A stretch of 64,000 nucleotides of DNA, taken from positions 234,838-298,837 of the forward strand of contig JAUQQN010000001.1 in the NCBI GenBank assembly GCA_030549845.1, in the 5' to 3' direction. Source of the stretch: Patescibacteria group bacterium. GTDB taxonomy: Bacteria; Patescibacteriota; Minisyncoccia; UBA6257; HR35. The translations under genes were made by a program, and so were the position numbers. The notes beneath the pieces are model-generated. The model was not told the origin of the DNA and ran no database searches. It saw nothing but the letters and a program-made list of their open reading frames with translations. The stretch's first letter is position 1. Every line of letters begins with the position of its first letter. Below, piece after piece: positions 1 to 8,535 of the stretch.

Positions 1-1112
1 TTACTAAGAGATGAATCTATTGAGAATGTATCTAAATTAGCTTTTGCATTTTTTATAAATTTTTCTCTTATTTCTTTATTTTTTAAAATAATTAAAATCT
101 TTTCCGACATAATTTGTGAATTGCCAACTGGCACTAAAAATCCATTATATCCATCTTTAATTATTTCTCTCGGTCCAAAATCACAATCAGTAGCGATAAC
201 TGGTAAATCACAAGCAATTGCTTCTATTAAAACAATCGGCATACCTTCATGAAAACTACTTAAAACAAAAACGTCTGAATTTTTCATATATTTATACGGA
301 TTATTTTTATGACCTAATAAAAAGACATTTGATTCCAAACATAATTCTTTGATTTCTGCCTCTATCTTTAACCTATCAGGACCTTCACCTACAATTACTA
401 AATAAGCATCAAGATTTTTAATCACAAGAGAAAATGCTTTTAGTAAGGTTATGATATCTTTTTGGTGTAAATCTAATCTATTTACAGCTAAAATTATTGG
501 CTTTAATTTATTTTTAAAAATTTCTTCATCAATTTCTTCATTACTTAAAAATTTAATTTTTTCTATATCTATGAAGTTATAGACAAAAGTTGCTTTTTCA
601 TTTTTTAAATTAAATAAGTTTTTTATATCTTGTGAAACACCTTCGCTAGCAGTAACTATTTTATCTACATTTTTAAAAGATATTTTGGTTAGAAATTTCA
701 CAATAAAATTTTGCTTATTAAATAAATATCTTGTATTACCTTGCTCAATAAAAATTATTTTACTTTTTGGCGAAAATATTTTACTTATATAGTAAAAATT
801 AGCATTTGAATGAGGACCGCCTCCAAAACAAATTATTAAATCTGGATTTATTTGAAAAATTCTTATTCCGAATAAAATAAAAAGTTTAAAGTAAAAAATT
901 AAGTTTCTTGGAAAAAAATAAGGAAAAATTTTAATGCTTTCTTCCAAACCTTTTTTAAAATCCTTAATAGATTCTTTTTTTATTTTTGTATCAATAGTTA
1001 AAAGATAAATATCATATTCTTTACTTAAAAAGTTCATTAAAGCTAAAACTATTTTCTTTCTACCACCCAAATCTCCCAACCAATTATCGCCTATAAAAAG
1101 AATCTTTTTCAT
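1..1112 (-). CDS. Glycosyltransferase family 4 (GT-B fold, RfaB-like); 3' end runs off the window
   Basis: My translation from the ATG at 1110-1112 (minus strand) stays open to position 1: MKKILFIGDNWLGDLGGRK...LLGHKNNPYKYMKNSDVFVLSSFHEGMPIVLIEAIACDLPVIATDCDFGPREIIKDGYNGFLVP. The EX7E motif is typical of retaining GT4 enzymes. It is missing from the ORF track because no stop codon falls inside the window. Confidence 0.75.
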   Translation of the reverse strand, partial: MKKILFIGDNWLGDLGGRKKIVLALMNFLSKEYDIYLLTIDTKIKKESIKDFKKGLEESIKIFPYFFPRNLIFYFKLFILFGIRIFQINPDLIICFGGGPHSNANFYYISKIFSPKSKIIFIEQGNTRYLFNKQNFIVKFLTKISFKNVDKIVTASEGVSQDIKNLFNLKNEKATFVYNFIDIEKIKFLSNEEIDEEIFKNKLKPIILAVNRLDLHQKDIITLLKAFSLVIKNLDAYLVIVGEGPDRLKIEAEIKELCLESNVFLLGHKNNPYKYMKNSDVFVLSSFHEGMPIVLIEAIACDLPVIATDCDFGPREIIKDGYNGFLVPVGNSQIMSEKILIILKNKEIREKFIKNAKANLDTFSIDSSLS

Positions 1113-1123
1113 TTCATAAAAAT

Positions 1124-2062
1124 TTAAAAAGAGATGTCGAACATTCGTTTTTTAAGTTTAAGTAAAAAGCTGTAAATGTTTTTCCCTAAAAAGGAAAGTA
1201 AAAAATTTCTGTATATGAAAAAATCCATCGGATAAACTTTAATGGCTTTTAAAAAATAAATCCTTGCTTTTGAAGAATCGCCACAGACCATATATAGAGT
1301 ACCAATAGTCTTCAATCTATGAGAATAACTTTGAGGGTATTTTTTAAAAAAATTTTCATGTTTTTTGATCAAGTATAAATTTTCAGAAACTTGATTTTCG
1401 TAAGGAAACTGACTAATAGATATATTTCCACCATGAATATAGTACTTTAATAAAATTGATGGCACAAAATCTACATTATAATATTGAAGTATTCGAATCC
1501 ATAAATCTTGATCTGCCATCCTTCTTAAATTTTTATCTATAAGTCCTATTTTATTAAAAATTTCTCTCCTAATTAAAAGAGCACTTAAAGTAGTAGGAAG
1601 TCTTCCTTTTAAAACATTTTCAATTAAATTTTCTTTTAGAGCAGAAAATTTAAATTCTTTTTTAAAATTTGTATTTTCTTTAATTATTAAAATATCACAA
1701 CCTACCATCCCAAGATTTGTACTATTTGATTTGTTAAATATATTTATTTGTTCTTCTAATTTTAGTGGCAACCATTCGTCATCAGAATCTAAAAAAGCTA
1801 TAAATTCACCTCTTACGACAGATAAACCCTTGTTTAGTGCTGAGGGCCAACCTTGATTTTCTTGGTAGACATAGACTATTCTAGAATCTTTTTGTTGAAA
1901 ATCTTCAACAATTTCCTTGGTATTATCAGTAGAACCATCATCTACAATAATTAGTTCAAAATCTTTATAAGTTTGATTAAGAACAGAATTTATTGCCCGT
2001 GGAAGAAGATCTGCTCTATTATAAGTTGTAATAATTACTGAAACAGTTGGGATTTTATTCAT
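1124..2062 (-). CDS. Glycosyltransferase family 2
   Basis: The ORF-track protein has the classic GT2 N-terminus PTVSVIITTYNRADLLPRAINSVLNQTYKDFELIIVDDGSTDNT. The likely start is the internal MNKIPTVSV at 2062; the ORF is open back to 2122. Confidence 0.8.
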   Translation of the reverse strand: MNKIPTVSVIITTYNRADLLPRAINSVLNQTYKDFELIIVDDGSTDNTKEIVEDFQQKDSRIVYVYQENQGWPSALNKGLSVVRGEFIAFLDSDDEWLPLKLEEQINIFNKSNSTNLGMVGCDILIIKENTNFKKEFKFSALKENLIENVLKGRLPTTLSALLIRREIFNKIGLIDKNLRRMADQDLWIRILQYYNVDFVPSILLKYYIHGGNISISQFPYENQVSENLYLIKKHENFFKKYPQSYSHRLKTIGTLYMVCGDSSKARIYFLKAIKVYPMDFFIYRNFLLSFLGKNIYSFLLKLKKRMFDISF

Positions 2063-2096
2063 GTTGTTTAAATTCGCTAAATATATTTTATACCAT

Positions 2097-3122
2097 TTAA
2101 AATAACTCTGACCAAGTTGCAATTGCTTTTTTTAATTTTTTGAAATAATTTATCTTTATGTTTAATTTTTCAGCAATTTCTCGATAACAAGTTTTAAAAT
2201 CGCTTTTAGTCAATTTTATCTCATTTATATATTTCCACAAATATTCATTAATTTTTATCCCTTTTCTCTCTTTTTCTAAATTTTTATAAGGATCACTTGC
2301 TCGATCATGCCAAATAACCGGATAGCCTGAAGTAATTCTATAACCCAGATGATCACAAATTTTTTTTACGAAAATTCCTGCCCAAATATCATCAAATCTA
2401 TCAACCCCCCAAGATTTTTCATTTTTATCTTTGCCCATTAACATAAAATACATTGCTGGGGTTAATTCTCGTTTCCAAGCTAGATTCATACCACACATTG
2501 GAAAATATTTTCCTACAGGAATAATTTGTTGAATAAAATAATTTTCAATTTTGGGGAATTTTTTAAATTTTAATTGAGTAATAGCATCGAAATCTGGAAT
2601 ATTGGCCCATAAACCATGATTTAAAATAATTTTATTTGAATCAATAATATCTTCCACCTGTTTATAAGGTAATCCTCTTGGCCTAATATTACCTTTTAAT
2701 CTGATAGTTGAAACCCATTTTATTTCCTGATATGAATTCTTAAACAATGCATCATAATGAGATTTAATAAAATTATTCTTATTAAAGTTTTTAATATAAT
2801 TCTCTAATGGGTAACAATCATCGTCTAGAGCTATTATCATATCACTTTTCATCTGATATGCTTTCCAAAAACCATAACTTTTAATTGCTGAAGTTCTTCT
2901 TGGAATAATCCAACTATCTTTCCCTAAATCTTTTTCTATATCCTCCCAACTGTAATGAAAGATTGGAAATTTTAAATTCTTATTTATTTCAAAAGATTTT
3001 ATAGGATTATCTTCAATAATAATTAAATTAATTTTATATTTATCAAAAACTTCTTCCCATTCACCAATAAATCTTCTTATAGAATTTTCTCTTATTGTTG
3101 GTACAACCACTGAAATTTTCAT
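2097..3122 (-). CDS. RGP/GT75-family protein, homolog of reversibly glycosylated polypeptide / UDP-arabinopyranose mutase
   Basis: Blocks collinear with plant RGP1: VVVPTIRE (cf. DIVIPTIRN), ALDDDCYP (cf. IDDDCFV), [16 protein letters not shown] (cf. HGLWLNIPDYDAPTQL), [25 protein letters not shown] (cf. [26 protein letters not shown]), [19 protein letters not shown] (cf. RYDDMWAGWCIKVICDHLG), [20 protein letters not shown] (cf. [20 protein letters not shown]). Confidence 0.75.
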   Translation of the reverse strand: [341 protein letters not shown]

Positions 3123-3143
3123 CTTTAAAATTATTATTTAAGC

Positions 3144-3626
3144 TTATAAAAATAATAAACCTATACCATAATTAAACTTATCAAAAATTATCTCGTTAAT
3201 TCTGTAGCGATTTTTAAGTACTGACCAAAATTTAGGCACTTCAATATCTTTCCTTAAAGGGTCTTTATTTATAATATCATGAAAAGCAATAATTCCTCCT
3301 TTTCTAACTAAAGGACTATACATTTCGAAATCTTTTTTAACTCCTTCATAAGTATGATCACCATCAATAAAAAGAAAATCTAATTGATTACCGCTTAAAA
3401 TATTTTTAACTTCTTCTAGGGTTTCTTGGTTATGAGAGTCTTTTCTTAAAAGAAGAAGATTTATTCTATTAATAGGCCGCTTCGTAGCTTTAATCAAAAA
3501 AATTTTCAAACCATAATTTTTAAGAACAAAAATTGATTTTTTAATTAATCTTAACATCTTGAGGTTTACGTAAATATTCTTAAACCAATAACTCCAATTT
3601 TTTCTTTCATTATTAAATTTTATCAT
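3144..3626 (-). CDS. Class I SAM-dependent methyltransferase-like protein (TylF/MycF, Methyltransf_24-like), possibly degenerate at the N-terminus
   Basis: C-terminal LDFLFIDGDHTYEGVKKDFEMYSPLVRKGGIIAFHDI matches the metal-binding FIDGDH...GG(I/V)IxFHD signature of macrocin/cephalosporin-type O-methyltransferases. No clear glycine-rich SAM loop. Confidence 0.5.
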   Translation of the reverse strand: MIKFNNERKNWSYWFKNIYVNLKMLRLIKKSIFVLKNYGLKIFLIKATKRPINRINLLLLRKDSHNQETLEEVKNILSGNQLDFLFIDGDHTYEGVKKDFEMYSPLVRKGGIIAFHDIINKDPLRKDIEVPKFWSVLKNRYRINEIIFDKFNYGIGLLFL

Positions 3627-3755
3627 AGAAAAATATTGGAGTTTAGCCTTTAAAATAAATAAAAATCTATTCCTATTTTAAGGATTTCCCATCTATCCAT
3701 TGAACAATACTATTGTAATATTCTTAATAATATTGGAGTACTAACGCAAAAATAT

Positions 3756-3781
3756 TTTCTATATTTCTATAGAAAAATAGA
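3756..3781. promoter_or_regulatory. Copy A of a conserved 26-bp imperfect palindrome TTCTAWATTTCTATAGAAAAWTAGAA (perfect core TTTCTATAGAAA at 3763-3774)
   Basis: The same element occurs three times in the window (also at 6723-6748 and 7119-7144). All three sit in intergenic DNA upstream of minus-strand gene starts. Confidence 0.6.
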
Positions 3782-4022
3782 ATTAGGTATATCATTTTTT
3801 TATTTTTTCAATTCCTTAAGAAAAACAAAGGGTTAACTTATAGCCGAAAATTAATTAAGAATTTAAGTCTGAATTCAGGAGAATATTTCTTTAAATATTT
3901 TTTTATTTTTGTTATCAATCTTATTTTTAATTAAAGACAAAACTACCATATATACTTTAATATAAGAATGGTTAATTTAAAAATCTAATTCTCTTTTGTT
4001 AATTTATTAAAAAGCTAAAAAT

Positions 4023-4967
4023 TTATTCTAAGTTTTCTTTGAACCATTCAACTGTAATTTTTAAGCCTTCATCTAAAGATACTTTTGGTATCCAACCTAA
4101 TTCTTTTTTGGCCTTAGAATAATCTAAGCAACTTCTTCTTTGTTCTCCAGGTTTTCTAGGTCCATGAATTTTTTTACAATTTGAACCAGTTAATTGTTTT
4201 AACTTTAGAAAAATTGTATTAATTGTTGTTTCTTTACCAGTCCCAATATTATAAACTCCGATCTTATTCTTCTTTATTGCTAAAATAAAAGCATTAACAA
4301 CATCATCAACATAAACAAAATCTCTAGTTTGTTTTCCATTACCATTAATTATTGGTTGGTCACCTCGAAGCATTTTATCACAAAAAATAGCAATAACGCC
4401 AGCTTCCCCTTTTGAGTTTTGTCTTGGCCCATAAACATTAGCTAACCTTAAAGCAATGTAAGGGATTTTAAAAACTTGAAAATAATAATTTAAATATTTT
4501 TCTACAGTCAATTTCTCAATTCCATAAGGGGAAAGAGGAAATTCAGGATAGCTTTCTGGAGTAGGAATAATTTTAACATCTCCATAAATAGCTCCACCAG
4601 TTGAAGCAAAAACAATTTTTGTGATTTTATTGTAATTTTTATAATGATATAATTTAGCGAAACTTTCAATAATATTTAATGAACCTAAAATATTTATTTC
4701 AGCGCTTTTAATAGGATTTTCAACTGATTTTCTAACATCAATTTGGGCTGCAAGATGATAAATTATGTCTGGTTTTTCTTTCTTAAATATTTCAAAAATT
4801 TTAGATGAGCAAATATCAATTTTATAAAATCTTGCTTTTTTATTTAAATTTTCTTTTTTACCTGACGAAAGGTTATCTATAATAATTACTTTGTGCTTTT
4901 CCTTAATTAGTCTATCAACTAAATGCGAACCTATAAATCCTGCTCCACCTGTGACTAAAATTCTCAT
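4023..4967 (-). CDS. NAD-dependent epimerase/dehydratase (UDP-sugar 4-epimerase-like, GalE family)
   Basis: MRILVTGGAGFIGSHLVDRL Rossmann motif at the N-terminus, and YxxxK in ...YGIEKLTVEKYLNYY. Typical extended SDR. Confidence 0.85.
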   Translation of the reverse strand: MRILVTGGAGFIGSHLVDRLIKEKHKVIIIDNLSSGKKENLNKKARFYKIDICSSKIFEIFKKEKPDIIYHLAAQIDVRKSVENPIKSAEINILGSLNIIESFAKLYHYKNYNKITKIVFASTGGAIYGDVKIIPTPESYPEFPLSPYGIEKLTVEKYLNYYFQVFKIPYIALRLANVYGPRQNSKGEAGVIAIFCDKMLRGDQPIINGNGKQTRDFVYVDDVVNAFILAIKKNKIGVYNIGTGKETTINTIFLKLKQLTGSNCKKIHGPRKPGEQRRSCLDYSKAKKELGWIPKVSLDEGLKITVEWFKENLE

Positions 4968-5956
4968 TTTTGTAAAAGTTTAATCCACTTATTTTTAAAT
5001 TTTAATGCTTTTTTAAAAGAAAGTTCAATACCTGTTTTTAAATCTATTTTTGGCTCATAGCCTAAAATATTTTTAATTTTTGATAAATCTGGTTTTCGAA
5101 ATTCAATATCAGTAAATATATCTCCTCTTTCTTTTGTTGGCAAGTAAATGACATCAATATCTTCATGTAAAATTTTTAATTTTTTAGCAATTTTAATCAT
5201 TAAATCTTTTAGCTCATTAATAGAATAGATTTCTTTGTCATTACCAATATTAAAAGTTTCTTTGCATTTATTTTTTATTAAATACTTTACCCCTAAAATA
5301 AATCCTTTAACTGTATCATCAATATAACAAAAAGCTCGTTTTTGATTCCCGTGTCCAAAAATTGTGATAGGTTTTTTAAAAATAATTGAATATAAAAAAC
5401 TTGCAAAAACACGCGATGGTTTTTTTAAATCTACACCGAACCCATATGTATTAAATATTCTAAAAATAATAAAGGGTAAATTTGAAAGTCGTATAACATT
5501 TTCTTCTAAACATTTAACATGGGCATAATTCCACCTATTAGAAAATTCAAATACAAAAAAATCATCTTCTTTAAAACTTTTCTTCTTAAATATCCCTAAC
5601 AAACCGTAAACATCAGAGCTTGATGAAAAAATTATAGGTTTATTATATTTCTGAGCAATCTTGGTTAAAATTAAGGTATTTTTCAAATTCTGAATAACTT
5701 TTTTAAAATTTTTTATTGTTATATCAACTCCAACTATGCTTGCAAGATGAATAATTAAATCTACATTTTTGACTATATTTTCTAAAATATCCTTATTTAT
5801 TTCTGAACGATATATTTTAATATTTGAATTCTTTTCCAATAATAAACCAGTTCCAGAAGAAAAATCATCTAGAATAAAAACAAAATTATTTTGAGATAAT
5901 GCATTTGATAGATAACTTCCTATAAATCCTGCCCCTCCGGTTATAAGAATTTTCAT
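4964..5956 (-). CDS. NAD-dependent epimerase/dehydratase family protein
   Basis: MKILITGGAGFIGSYLSNAL Rossmann motif. The likely start is the internal MKIL at 5956; the ORF is open back to 5998. It overlaps the upstream epimerase stop by 4 nt (operon). Confidence 0.75.
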   Translation of the reverse strand: MKILITGGAGFIGSYLSNALSQNNFVFILDDFSSGTGLLLEKNSNIKIYRSEINKDILENIVKNVDLIIHLASIVGVDITIKNFKKVIQNLKNTLILTKIAQKYNKPIIFSSSSDVYGLLGIFKKKSFKEDDFFVFEFSNRWNYAHVKCLEENVIRLSNLPFIIFRIFNTYGFGVDLKKPSRVFASFLYSIIFKKPITIFGHGNQKRAFCYIDDTVKGFILGVKYLIKNKCKETFNIGNDKEIYSINELKDLMIKIAKKLKILHEDIDVIYLPTKERGDIFTDIEFRKPDLSKIKNILGYEPKIDLKTGIELSFKKALKFKNKWIKLLQK

Positions 5957-5986
5957 ATTGATAAATTTTAACTTAAAATTTTTAAA

Positions 5987-6124
5987 ATGAGTTTGCAAAA
6001 TAGAGATTATTATAAAGAAAAATTAAAAGATATAGAAAGAGAGGAATCAAAAAGGAGCATTTTTGTTATTGGAGTAGTCCTTTTAATAATTTTAGCCTTA
6101 CTTTTAAGTTTGATAATATTTTAG
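5987..6124 (+). CDS. Possible small membrane protein (45 aa), unannotated
   Basis: My translation: MSLQNRDYYKEKLKDIEREESKRSIFVIGVVLLIILALLLSLIIF, with a C-terminal TM helix. It is below the ORF-track size cut-off and there is no homology evidence. Confidence 0.25.
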   Translation: MSLQNRDYYKEKLKDIEREESKRSIFVIGVVLLIILALLLSLIIF

Positions 6125-6131
6125 ATAAAAA

Positions 6132-6653
6132 TCAAATATTTCTATTAATTTCTATTGAATGTTCATTTAGTAATTGAATAATTCGTTTTATTAAGGAATC
6201 TTCATTTGGGAAATCTAAGTATTGAATTTCATCTTTATAAAATGTGCTTAATGCTAATATATGGTAAACAAGACATTGAGAATAAATATTAGGGAATTTT
6301 TCCCTTAAGTTATTAAATTCTTTACTAAATTTCTCAGTTAATTCAGGGCTTTTTTCTAAAATTCCATAAATTTTTGTTTTAAAATTCATTAATTCTTCAA
6401 CAAACCTTTCGTATAACTCATCTTCTTTAAGCTTTTGAATTTTCTTTTTTTCATTTCCTATTATTTGTTCATTATCTTTTAAATTAAACTCTAAAATAAC
6501 TAACAAAAGATTTCTTATATCTTCTTCGCTAATAAGGTTTTCCTTGATCAATCTCTTTACAACACTTTTTATTCCTTCCTTATTTGATGAGTTTATTAGT
6601 TTTTTGTTTTCTGGATGTTTTTTCATTGCCTTAATTATAGCAAAATATAACAA
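6132..6653 (-). CDS. Hypothetical protein
   Basis: 173-aa ORF from the track with no recognisable motif. Palindrome copy B lies about 80 bp upstream. Confidence 0.45.
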   Translation of the reverse strand: MLYFAIIKAMKKHPENKKLINSSNKEGIKSVVKRLIKENLISEEDIRNLLLVILEFNLKDNEQIIGNEKKKIQKLKEDELYERFVEELMNFKTKIYGILEKSPELTEKFSKEFNNLREKFPNIYSQCLVYHILALSTFYKDEIQYLDFPNEDSLIKRIIQLLNEHSIEINRNI

Positions 6654-6722
6654 AAATTACCATAGTGTATTAATAAAATTTTGTTAAGTTTTAAAATTAA
6701 CTCTTCTTTGTACTATTTTATT

Positions 6723-6748
6723 TTCTAAATTTCTATAGAAAAATAGAA
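6723..6748. promoter_or_regulatory. Copy B of the 26-bp palindrome (core TTTCTATAGAAA at 6730-6741)
   Basis: Sequence TTCTAAATTTCTATAGAAAAATAGAA. It sits between the ArsR gene stop (6787) and the start of the 6132..6653 gene. Confidence 0.6.
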
Positions 6749-6786
6749 ATTAAATTTTGGACAGTAAATGTTTGACATTTTTTATT

Positions 6787-7074
6787 TTATTGGTTCTTAA
6801 AAAGTCCTTTATAAAATTCTTCAACTTGGGATAAAACTCTTAAACCTAGCTTTGTTATTTTATAATTAACAATTAAGCCCTCTCTTTTTCTAGAGATCAA
6901 TTGGGCCTTAACTAATCTTTCTAAATGAGGAATTACTGTTTTATAATTTTTCTCCAAAAAATCAGCTATACTTCCTGTATCTCTTTCACCTGAATTTTTA
7001 AGATAAATTAAAATTTTTAATCTAGTTTTATTCCCTAATGCTTTAAATAATGATTCCAATCTTTGCAAGTCCAT
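6787..7074 (-). CDS. ArsR/SmtB-family winged-helix transcriptional regulator
   Basis: LFKALGNKTRLKILIYLKNSGERDTGSIADFLEKNYKTVIPHLERLVKAQLI is a typical ArsR HTH; 95 aa. Confidence 0.75.
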   Translation of the reverse strand: MDLQRLESLFKALGNKTRLKILIYLKNSGERDTGSIADFLEKNYKTVIPHLERLVKAQLISRKREGLIVNYKITKLGLRVLSQVEEFYKGLFKNQ

Positions 7075-7118
7075 ATTGCATTAAAATTTTATTTTATTAT
7101 AACAAATCATTTTTATTT

Positions 7119-7144
7119 TTCTATATTTCTATAGAAAATTAGAA
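7119..7144. promoter_or_regulatory. Copy C of the 26-bp palindrome (core at 7126-7137), about 55 bp upstream of the ArsR-family gene start
   Basis: Sequence TTCTATATTTCTATAGAAAATTAGAA. This is a candidate operator for the adjacent ArsR-family regulator (autoregulation). Confidence 0.55.
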
Positions 7145-7188
7145 AATTAATTTTAAAAATAGTTTAGTAAATTAAATGTATTTAATGA

Positions 7189-8517
7189 TTAAATTGAGGA
7201 ATAAATTTCTTTTAGGGCTTTGATTCCCTTAAAGAACATTTTTTCATCAAAGTTTTCATTAGGTGCATGGACATTGTCGTCAGGTAAAGTAAAACCAGTT
7301 AAAATTATTGGTTTTTTATATATTCTTTGTAAAACCTCAGCAGCTGGTATAGATCCACCAGCACGATTAAAAACAACCTTATTTCTAAAAACTCTCTCTA
7401 GAGCATTTTTTGTTTTAACAATAAATTCATTATTCAATGGAGTATAAAATGGAGCTGCTGAACCTAAAAGTTTTAATTCCCATTTTACTCCTTTTGGTAT
7501 ATTTTTTTTAATAAAATTCTTTACTAGTTTGATTATTTTCTCTGGTTTTTGATATTCAATTAATCTAAAAGAAAATTTGACGGCTGCTTCTTTAGGAATA
7601 ATTGTTTTTACTCCTTCCTGAGTGTAGCCAGATATTATTCCGTTTATATCCATTGAAGGATAAATTTTTGGTGAAAGTGAAGGTTCTTTTTTATCCAATG
7701 GATGGATTAAGTAAAGCTTAGTTTCTTTTAAGATTTCTTTTTCTTTAATACTTGCCAATCTTAGTAGCTCTTTTTCTTTTTTATCAATTTTTCTAACATC
7801 TTCATAAAATCTAGGGATTAATATCTTTCCTGTTTTTAAATCTTTCATTTTTGAAAATAAATCTGCTAAAAATTGAACTGGATTTAAAGCTAAATTTCCA
7901 TAGCTCCCTGAATGTAAATCATATTCTCCAACCTTTATTTTTAATTCAAAATAAACAATACCTCTTAAAGCATAATAAATTGTTGGTACATTCTTTTTAA
8001 TCATCCCAACATCCGTTAAATAAAAAACATCAACCTTTGATAAAACATTTTTTGCTTTTTTAACATATTCTTCAAAATGAGAACTTGCTGATTCTTCTTC
8101 ACCTTCAACCAGAAAAACAATATTATTTTTTAATTTATTTTCTTTAATCAATTCTTCAATTGCAAAAATATTTTGAACAATATGTCCTTTATTATCAGCA
8201 ATTCCTCGACCATAAATTTTTCCATCTTTCAAAGTTAATTTAAATGGTGGTGTTTTCCATTCATTAATTGGTTCTTCTGGTTGAACATCATAATGGCCAT
8301 ATATCCCGATTGTTTTTTTACCACCAATAAATCTATGAGCTAAAACCAAGGGTGGAGAGCTTTTTTCTTGAATTAATTTAACTTTAAAACCAAGAGATGA
8401 AAATTTATTTTTCAAAAATTCTGCAGCTTTTAAAATATCATTAAACCTTTCTTTTTGTGTTGAAACAGAGGGGATTGAAATAAAATCAGTTAAAAAGTTT
8501 AAAATTTCATTTTTCAT
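7189..8517 (-). CDS. M20-family metallopeptidase (dipeptidase / ArgE/DapE/CPG2-like)
   Basis: GIYGHYDVQPEEP ... RGIADNKG ... VEGEEES metal-binding blocks of peptidase family M20. Confidence 0.8.
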   Translation of the reverse strand: MKNEILNFLTDFISIPSVSTQKERFNDILKAAEFLKNKFSSLGFKVKLIQEKSSPPLVLAHRFIGGKKTIGIYGHYDVQPEEPINEWKTPPFKLTLKDGKIYGRGIADNKGHIVQNIFAIEELIKENKLKNNIVFLVEGEEESASSHFEEYVKKAKNVLSKVDVFYLTDVGMIKKNVPTIYYALRGIVYFELKIKVGEYDLHSGSYGNLALNPVQFLADLFSKMKDLKTGKILIPRFYEDVRKIDKKEKELLRLASIKEKEILKETKLYLIHPLDKKEPSLSPKIYPSMDINGIISGYTQEGVKTIIPKEAAVKFSFRLIEYQKPEKIIKLVKNFIKKNIPKGVKWELKLLGSAAPFYTPLNNEFIVKTKNALERVFRNKVVFNRAGGSIPAAEVLQRIYKKPIILTGFTLPDDNVHAPNENFDEKMFFKGIKALKEIYSSI

Positions 8518-8535
8518 AGAAAAATTATACTATTT

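Noticed and set aside
7220-7447. Assorted short antisense ORFs from the track (e.g. 7220..7447, 15332..15532, 17032..17349, 18060..18275, 22795..23055, 24149..24334, 26436..26666, 31267..31470, 33894..34079, 34751..34990, 36759..36956, 39284..39667, 43182..43376, 45303..45548, 48012..48281, 49680..49988, 50193..50495, 52113..52313, 58040..58321, 58408..58635, 60803..61051, 62519..62704)
   Set aside because: Each is embedded antisense in a longer gene with clear homology or operon context. Their translations are low-complexity with no motifs.
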